Below are positions 57,392 to 64,000 of a stretch of 64,000 nucleotides of DNA, piece after piece (the stretch's first letter is position 1; every line of letters starts with the position of its first letter). This stretch comes from Candidatus Kapaibacterium sp. GTDB lineage: Bacteria > Bacteroidota > Ignavibacteria > Kapaibacteriales > UBA2268. Where the stretch lies: assembly GCA_963665665.1 (NCBI GenBank), contig OY762428.1:3104001-3168000 (forward strand), in the 5' to 3' direction. The notes under the pieces are model-generated. The model was given only the letters and a program-made list of their open reading frames with translations. It did not search any database and was not told where the DNA came from. Both the position numbers and the translations under genes were made by a program.

Positions 57392-59680
57392 ATGTCAAGA
57401 TTCAGATTTCAAATAATAATATTACTAATAATACTATTGGGGATTTCCCGGCTGTATTCAGGCGGGAGGATCTGGCATGATGCTTTGAAACGTATCGATA
57501 CAGTGGACTTTGGAGTTCATTATCCGGGCCAGTACAAGGATCATTACTTCTATATAGCAAATGACGGCCCTGAAAAACTAATGCTCGGAGCGGTCGATCC
57601 TTCATTTCTTATTGGCAGGACTCCGTCGCATCCTTATGATTTTCCGGAATTTCAGAAGCAGACAAGCGGCATAATTGAACTTGACCCCGGAGATACTGTT
57701 GCTATCATAATCAGGTATTTAGCCGAGCCTCCGCCAAAATTAGCTACCTACCCGCCGGGGAATAAAGAGGCCCGACTGCTGATGGGACTTTACGACCCGG
57801 TTAAATATCCTGACGGCGTGGATGACAGGTCGCAGCTTGATACTGTGCGGGAATATATAATGGTTGCCAAAAAGACAATTCAACTATTGGATACTTACCG
57901 TGATGCTATTGATTTTGATTCTGTTTATGTAAATCCGCCAAATTCTTTTGAAAAAAACTGGAAAATAAAAAACAATGCTGATCAATCAATATCAATAAGT
58001 AATATTGATTATGGAATTTTTACTCCTGTTCCTGACGGGGAGGAGTTTGAGTTTCCGGAAATAAGCGTATCGGCTCCGATACCATCAGGGCAGACAATAG
58101 GCGGATTGGTTAGCTATCATCCGCTGAACAGGGGCTCGGATAGTGCTTTTGGCAGGATAATATATATAGCCCCGGAATCTGATACAAGCGATACGGCAAT
58201 AACAATATTCAGGGGATTCGGAGTTCAGCAGGAAATGAGGCTGTTTGAAACGGATACAAAAATTGATACCCTGAATTTCGGAGACCAGGACAGAATTTGC
58301 CTTAATGCCGGAAATGTCAGGGTTGGTACAAATGTCAGAATCAAGGGCAGCCTGGTGAACAAAGGGAATATTCCTTTTCATGCGCTTAGCCAAATAGTAA
58401 GAAATTATTACGATAATGAATTATCCGGGGCTTTTTCATTTATAAGTGGTTTTGATTTAAGCCGGAACGACATTTTAACAGACGAGAAAACGGATTTTGA
58501 AATTCAGTTTCTGCCTGATAGTGCCGGTGAGTTTTTTGCCCGCTATATTATCGGAAGCGATATCAAAGAACGTAATATCTGGGGGATACCCGCTGAGGCT
58601 TCAAATGTTATTGTATATATCAGAGGGCGTGGCATAAACCCGAAAATTTCAATTCCGGATACTATTGATTTTGGTAATATTGTTGTGAATCCGCCATATT
58701 GTTCTGCTGACAGGGACACGGTAATAAAAATTTTGAATACCGGCAACGAAGAATTGCTGATAAATAACCTGGATATTACTACCGGTGATTTTGGTTTTAT
58801 TCCGGGTAATCTGTCGATCCCGCAGTATTCAGCCGGGTCAATGACATTTACTTTCAGCTCAGGGGCTCTTGGCGATTCAGAATCAAAATTCAGGCTGTTC
58901 ACAAACGAGAACGCCGGTTTTAATGTTCATGAAATTATTCTGAAAGCAAGGGGGGTATTGCCACTTGAATCAAGTATATCCATTCCGGATACCAGGTCGG
59001 CCCCCGGAAGGAATATCAGTATTCCGATTATAACCGAAGGAAGTAAGCTGGGGAATGCCAGGAATTTTGAGGATACTGTCAGCTTTGATCCTACTTCTCT
59101 GCAATTTCTCCGGACTGACCCCATAGGAACTGCTTCAGAGGGGGCGATAATAAGCGCTGATCCTGATAATTCCAAAGGCCTGCTGTATCTTTCAATGAGA
59201 ATTCCTTCCGGAGGATTTTTCCGGAACAAAGATACATTGATAAAGATTCAGTTCAGAACATATCTCGGAGACAGGATTTCATATCCTGTTGCATTTTCCG
59301 AGCCCCGAATCGGGGATGATAAATGCTCGCACGTGATAAATTTAAACAGTGATAACGGAAGTTTTTCAATAGATTCTGTTTGCGGGTTGTCGCTTAAGGT
59401 TTATACCAAAGACGGAGGTGTTTTTAAATTTGATATGCCATCTCCGAATCCTGCAGATGAATATATTAATCTAAGTTTCGAGACAGCTTTCAAATCAAGA
59501 ACAAGGATTTCAATTCATAATTCTTACGGCGAAGAAGTAAGGTCTATCAATAACAGTGTTCTTCCCGGTGGAAGATATGAATGGAGTGTGGATCTTTTGG
59601 GCCTGCCTTCAGGAACATATTATTGTGAAATGTCCGCGGGGATTTTCAGGCAGCAAAGGATTTTTGTGATAAAAAGGTAA
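57392..59680 (+). CDS. Secreted multi-Ig (ASH/choice-of-anchor D-like) protein with cohesin-like domain and T9SS C-terminal domain
   Basis: Repeated DFG...N.G...L motifs; PSPNPA...LPSGTYYC...IFVIKR tail. Confidence 0.75.
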   Translation: MSRFRFQIIILLIILLGISRLYSGGRIWHDALKRIDTVDFGVHYPGQYKDHYFYIANDGPEKLMLGAVDPSFLIGRTPSHPYDFPEFQKQTSGIIELDPGDTVAIIIRYLAEPPPKLATYPPGNKEARLLMGLYDPVKYPDGVDDRSQLDTVREYIMVAKKTIQLLDTYRDAIDFDSVYVNPPNSFEKNWKIKNNADQSISISNIDYGIFTPVPDGEEFEFPEISVSAPIPSGQTIGGLVSYHPLNRGSDSAFGRIIYIAPESDTSDTAITIFRGFGVQQEMRLFETDTKIDTLNFGDQDRICLNAGNVRVGTNVRIKGSLVNKGNIPFHALSQIVRNYYDNELSGAFSFISGFDLSRNDILTDEKTDFEIQFLPDSAGEFFARYIIGSDIKERNIWGIPAEASNVIVYIRGRGINPKISIPDTIDFGNIVVNPPYCSADRDTVIKILNTGNEELLINNLDITTGDFGFIPGNLSIPQYSAGSMTFTFSSGALGDSESKFRLFTNENAGFNVHEIILKARGVLPLESSISIPDTRSAPGRNISIPIITEGSKLGNARNFEDTVSFDPTSLQFLRTDPIGTASEGAIISADPDNSKGLLYLSMRIPSGGFFRNKDTLIKIQFRTYLGDRISYPVAFSEPRIGDDKCSHVINLNSDNGSFSIDSVCGLSLKVYTKDGGVFKFDMPSPNPADEYINLSFETAFKSRTRISIHNSYGEEVRSINNSVLPGGRYEWSVDLLGLPSGTYYCEMSAGIFRQQRIFVIKR

Positions 59681-60429
59681 TGAAAAGATTAATCTGCATA
59701 TTATTTTTCTTAATTGTTCCGCCGCTACTGAACGCGCAGGGATTTGACTGGCAATATTCATCAAGGCTTCCTGCCGAACAACCTGATATATTCGTTGGAA
59801 TAGGAGTATCTTACGGCTTAGATGAGCACTATGGAAGCTTTTCGTTTTTCGAGGATTATTTCTGCGGAAAATACGAGAACGGAAACGGTAATGGTATTGC
59901 TATTGATTTGAATATTGAAAAATGGATTGGTGAAAATACTGCGATATTTATTGAAGCCGGATGGAGGAAACTGACTGCTGATTTCATCAGCCGACAGGTT
60001 TATGAAATGATAGATGAACCTCTGATTACAGAATACGCATATAACAGCAGTATTTCGGTTGTAAGGATCAATCCCGGGATAAGATACCGGCTGTTTGATT
60101 CAAAATTGTCTGTAGGTGCAATTTTAGGTATTGAATATTTTATTAGTGAATCTTCTGATTTTAGTGAAAAAGTCATATCGCCGGATTGGTATCATTTTGA
60201 CACCGATCCGCCAAGCCAGGAAAGGGTTCTTACAGCCGGCAGGCTGAAAGGATTCAGCTCGATTATAGTTAATCCCGCATTGCAGCTTGCATACGGCCTG
60301 AACCTGGGGCGTGGAAAATATGCAACGCCTTACTTCAGGGCCGAATTCCCAATCAACAGTTTTATTTCCGGTGAAGATTGGAGGCGATATTCATTAACTT
60401 TTGGAATTTCTGTTAAATTCGGGCTCTGA
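59680..60429 (+). CDS. Outer-membrane beta-barrel protein
   Basis: Signal peptide, alternating beta pattern, C-terminal FGISVKFGL; TAATG-coupled to the upstream gene. Confidence 0.65.
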   Translation: MKRLICILFFLIVPPLLNAQGFDWQYSSRLPAEQPDIFVGIGVSYGLDEHYGSFSFFEDYFCGKYENGNGNGIAIDLNIEKWIGENTAIFIEAGWRKLTADFISRQVYEMIDEPLITEYAYNSSISVVRINPGIRYRLFDSKLSVGAILGIEYFISESSDFSEKVISPDWYHFDTDPPSQERVLTAGRLKGFSSIIVNPALQLAYGLNLGRGKYATPYFRAEFPINSFISGEDWRRYSLTFGISVKFGL

Positions 60430-60453
60430 GCTTTATTAAAGCAGGCCGGGATT

Positions 60454-62943
60454 TTAATAATTCATTGAAGCAGAAACCGATATGCCGAATTTTCCTGAGG
60501 CGAGATTTCCTATGCCCCACCTTGTATCAACCGACATATAAAACACATTGCTTATAAACATTGGTATCCTGGCCAGGCTGAAACCTGTTTCGATGTAATA
60601 ATCAGAAAAATCAGGGACATAAAAAATTCCTTTGTCGTAGGAAAATGAACCGGCGCTTAAAGCAAGTATAAAATCGATACCGCGTCCCTTATATAGCGGA
60701 AGCCCGCATATTCTCCAAAGGTAATCGGCAGTATTGTACCTGATGTGGACAGTTCTGAAATCCGTACCGCCGTAAGTTCCGTCGGGGGCGGATGTAAAAT
60801 GCCCGAATTTCGAAATGATGGATAAGTCTGTTCTCATCCGGAATTGATACTGAACAGGAGTTTCGGGCGAAGCATTTCCTTCGTGAATAAGAATCTCAAG
60901 GTTGAGAGGTGCAAAGCCATAATTAAAAGTAGGGATCAGCAGGTATAGTTTGCCTTCAATAATTCTGAATCTGCTACTGTGGTCGTTTTCTCCATAGGTG
61001 AATTCCAGTGAGAAATCAGAATGAAATTTCCCGGGAATGAAGAATATATCATTCTGAATCAATCGCAAGCCTGTAGTTATTGTTTTGTATTCACCCTGGT
61101 TGATATCAGGGTTGTCGCGCCATGTTTCCGAACTCAGTATAGAATTGTTTGTTTTCTTTTTCAGAGTGAAATGATTCGATTTCTCGAAGCGGCTGAAAAC
61201 ATTCACACGTTTGTATCCTGCATTAAAGCCAATATTCCATCCGTCCTTACGGAAATAATCATAATAGTCTTTGTGGCGAAGCAGGGCAACAACAGAATTC
61301 AGAAAGCGTGAATAAGATCTTTCTGTTGTCATAATATCGTCGGTTGAAAATATTCTTGATGACATTTCCAGAAAGAAATTGTCGGAATTATACAGGCCTT
61401 TCCTGAATTCTATATCGGCAAAAAATCTTTTCTGGCCAAAGCTCCAGTATAAATTGGAATTAACGAGCATAATGTCGCCAATATTGAATTTTTGCCTGAT
61501 GCCCGAGCTAACACTGACTACCCTGTTGAAATCAAAATATGGATAAACGTGATAGCCAATTTCATCTTTCTGATTTTTCGTGTATTTAATTTTTTTTGCC
61601 TGGCTTAAAATAGCAATTTCCTGCTCATCAAGCCCTGCAAGTGAATTTCTTTCCCAGAAATCATCCGAAAGAGTATCAATACTTACTGTGTCCCGTATGA
61701 ATTGATCTTCTGCAAATATTTCCTCCGGGATCTTGCTATTCGAAATTGCATGAACCATGATATTATCAAGTTTGATATCAGTTCTGATTTTAAAATAATC
61801 TGTTAGAAACCTTACATCTGCCCCGGCCCTGAAGGTTGTATATACCGGAACGCTGATTCCCGGTTCAACCTCCGAGAGTTTCATGAATATCCTGAAATCA
61901 TCGAAAAGTGTAATTTTTGTTGATTTTGAAAGTTGTATATCTATTTCCCGAACAATATAATCATCTTCTGTAACTATGAAATTACCTTTGAAGCCCGGAT
62001 GCATTTTTGATAAGGGAGCAAACTCTATTTCAATATAATCGCGCCCACTGCTGGAATATGCCTTGGTAATAATATATTTGTAATATTCAAGTGCATTGTC
62101 TGCGAGGGGTGAAGGTATCTCGAGATTAAGGATTTTAACCTTATCATTATAGAAATTCAGTAATCCGTCTATCTCGCTCAGGTATTTATCCGGCTGAAAG
62201 TCGGCAGCCTGCCTTTTATAGATAATATCAAGAAAGGTTCTGTCATCAGAGGAACGATAGTAAATGTTCGAAAAAGACTCAATAAGATAATTCTTTTTAT
62301 AATCCTCCGGTAATATCGATCTTGGGCGGGTGATTTTGTAGTTGCTGCCGCTGGCATTGACTATCCCCCAGACAGTTCCGTCCAGATTAATTGAGAACTT
62401 AGTGTAAACCAGTCCCTGAAGTGTTTTCATCAATTTAAATTGATTATTCTTTTTTCTGATGATTCCCGTAATAACCGAATCGGGGTGATACTTTGCAGAG
62501 CCGTCATATTTTAGCGGGGCTTTTACATCAGGAAGTAATTTTATATCATAAACAGAATCAGATTCCGCAAATTCAATATATGCATCCCAAAAACCGATTG
62601 CCCTTATTTGTAGCCGCCCGGACTTATCAGGGAAAGGCAGCCTGTAATATCCATCGCTTGTGGAATAAGTTCTCAGGCCATTTGATAAACATAATACTTC
62701 AGCTCCTCGAACTGGTTTGCCGGTATTAGAATTAAAAATTTTTCCACCTATTACAGAGGCATGAGAATATCCGGCAATATAAAAAAATAGGATTAAGGAT
62801 TGTATAAGCAGGTATACGGGTTGGTGAATGCGAATATTCCTTGAATGTTTCCCAACCCGAATTAACTCAGGTACGGGAATTATTAGTTTTTTACTGCTTA
62901 TTCTTTTCTCCACAACTATCTTCCGGCCAATTTCATCATTCAA
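60454..62943 (-). CDS. DUF5686-family outer-membrane protein with carboxypeptidase-regulatory-like N-domain
   Basis: GKIFNSNTGKPV.GAEV...DGYY...AIGF; IPSPLA.NALEYYKY; DFNRV; DYYDYF. True start probably downstream of 62943. Confidence 0.7.
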   Translation of the reverse strand: MNDEIGRKIVVEKRISSKKLIIPVPELIRVGKHSRNIRIHQPVYLLIQSLILFFYIAGYSHASVIGGKIFNSNTGKPVRGAEVLCLSNGLRTYSTSDGYYRLPFPDKSGRLQIRAIGFWDAYIEFAESDSVYDIKLLPDVKAPLKYDGSAKYHPDSVITGIIRKKNNQFKLMKTLQGLVYTKFSINLDGTVWGIVNASGSNYKITRPRSILPEDYKKNYLIESFSNIYYRSSDDRTFLDIIYKRQAADFQPDKYLSEIDGLLNFYNDKVKILNLEIPSPLADNALEYYKYIITKAYSSSGRDYIEIEFAPLSKMHPGFKGNFIVTEDDYIVREIDIQLSKSTKITLFDDFRIFMKLSEVEPGISVPVYTTFRAGADVRFLTDYFKIRTDIKLDNIMVHAISNSKIPEEIFAEDQFIRDTVSIDTLSDDFWERNSLAGLDEQEIAILSQAKKIKYTKNQKDEIGYHVYPYFDFNRVVSVSSGIRQKFNIGDIMLVNSNLYWSFGQKRFFADIEFRKGLYNSDNFFLEMSSRIFSTDDIMTTERSYSRFLNSVVALLRHKDYYDYFRKDGWNIGFNAGYKRVNVFSRFEKSNHFTLKKKTNNSILSSETWRDNPDINQGEYKTITTGLRLIQNDIFFIPGKFHSDFSLEFTYGENDHSSRFRIIEGKLYLLIPTFNYGFAPLNLEILIHEGNASPETPVQYQFRMRTDLSIISKFGHFTSAPDGTYGGTDFRTVHIRYNTADYLWRICGLPLYKGRGIDFILALSAGSFSYDKGIFYVPDFSDYYIETGFSLARIPMFISNVFYMSVDTRWGIGNLASGKFGISVSASMNY

Positions 62944-62991
62944 AGATTTCGTTCTGATGATTTGTTATACAATATAATAGCAAAGCGAAAG

Positions 62992-63498
62992 TTATTCCTC
63001 GGCGGGCCTTACAAATAATTCATCCACTTTGAAAGACTTCGCCATTTTTTTCATCTCATTCCGGCTCATATATTTCATAACCATGAACATGAAAGTTGCT
63101 TTGGCATAAGGGATTTTCATGTATAGCATAGTATACGGGAATTTTGAATCAGAAGTCATGTAAACAGACCTGAAACCATCAATATTGAATGGATCGGATT
63201 TATCCATATTCTTAATATGTTTCAGGTTGTTAAAATCAATTATATCAGCAATTTTTATTTTCAGTTTACCTTCCTTGCCGGCAAGTGAAGCCGAGTACAT
63301 GAAGAATTTTGTACCTTTTGCGCCTTCAGTGTCAAAATCAACAGGTTTGAATCCAACAGGATGATTGTCCTTAATCCACTGTTTAAAATCTTGAAATGAA
63401 AGTTTTTCTGAAAAATGATTAACGGCAAAAGCCGTAGACAAAGCTATAAGAAATAACGGGAACAAAATAATTTTTTTCAACACAATAAACCTGTACAA
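62992..63498 (-). CDS. Secreted hypothetical protein
   Basis: Signal peptide ending AFA; no recognised motif. Confidence 0.55.
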   Translation of the reverse strand: MYRFIVLKKIILFPLFLIALSTAFAVNHFSEKLSFQDFKQWIKDNHPVGFKPVDFDTEGAKGTKFFMYSASLAGKEGKLKIKIADIIDFNNLKHIKNMDKSDPFNIDGFRSVYMTSDSKFPYTMLYMKIPYAKATFMFMVMKYMSRNEMKKMAKSFKVDELFVRPAEE

Positions 63499-63501
63499 TC
63501 A

Positions 63502-63999
63502 TCAGTTAGTAAAATTCTTATCCACAATAGTAAGCCTTCCGGGGTATGAAATCATTCCCAGGCTGGTTTTTACAGTTGGTTTGGCATCAAGTTTCAGCCT
63601 GGCAGCACTGCCGTCAATACCGCCCAGGGCAAGTGCCAGATTAACAATACCATCGTAACCTTTGTTGCCAAAAAACTGAAACAGGTCCAGCCCGACGCTT
63701 AGCGGGATAATCTCTTTCTGGCCCGTCCCGGGAATTACGAATTCACGTCCGATATCACCATGAACTGTTTCAACTTCGTCAATATATAATTTCCAGTCGA
63801 AACCTGTAACGGTGGCAGGGGTTGATTTTGTGTTTTTCCCGCCGGTGTTCGGATTTTTGGCAGCAACATTAAGCATGAAGTCAGCCGGTAATTTTTTGCT
63901 TGTAAAAGATTTTGTCAGGCCAAGTCCGTCTGTTATCGAAAAGTCTGAAATATTTTTCTTTTTGTCTAAATTAATTCCTGCCAGCCTAAAATCCGAGAC
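63502..63999 (-). CDS. LEA type 2/WHy-like protein, 5' end beyond the window
   Basis: Frame stays open to the window edge (VSDFRLAGINL...); AKNPN...FDWKLYID...IPLSV motif. Confidence 0.65.
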   Translation of the reverse strand, partial: VSDFRLAGINLDKKKNISDFSITDGLGLTKSFTSKKLPADFMLNVAAKNPNTGGKNTKSTPATVTGFDWKLYIDEVETVHGDIGREFVIPGTGQKEIIPLSVGLDLFQFFGNKGYDGIVNLALALGGIDGSAARLKLDAKPTVKTSLGMISYPGRLTIVDKNFTN

Positions 64000-64000
64000 T

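Overview
Bacterial chromosomal window, AT-rich by eye. Four proteins with T9SS-type C-terminal sorting domains, together with clear Shine-Dalgarno sites, point to the Ignavibacteria/Kapabacteria side of the Bacteroidota-Chlorobiota group (inference). Ordinary content: tRNA-Gln(CTG), a type II restriction-modification pair, rfbC, lpdA, murQ, lolA, OPT and DASS transporters, a sirtuin and several secreted proteins. Four loci stand out. (1) 26.9-33.7 kb: an intact Mu-like head-plus-lysis module (protease, major capsid, cement, head-tail adaptor, holin-like, CHAP lysin, spanin-like, portal). It has no terminase, tail or transposase, and its spacers are filled with REP/MITE-type repeats, so it is a candidate domesticated GTA-like particle system. 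(2) 52.2-55.6 kb: a detached phage-type switch (split HTH/S24 repressor-like pair, Mor-family activator, and an active plus a catalytically dead UmuD-like protein with no UmuC) that could control it. (3) 45.0-47.6 kb: two Gly-rich proteins with double-glycine leaders and identical C-termini, divergent from a putative ABBA-fold prenyltransferase, a candidate new RiPP or fibre system. (4) 6.0-11.5 kb: an arginine catabolic operon with an ArcE-like arginine synthetase instead of arginine deiminase, plus a PyrB-like protein with altered aspartate-binding residues. All family calls come from motif recognition; no database search was run.
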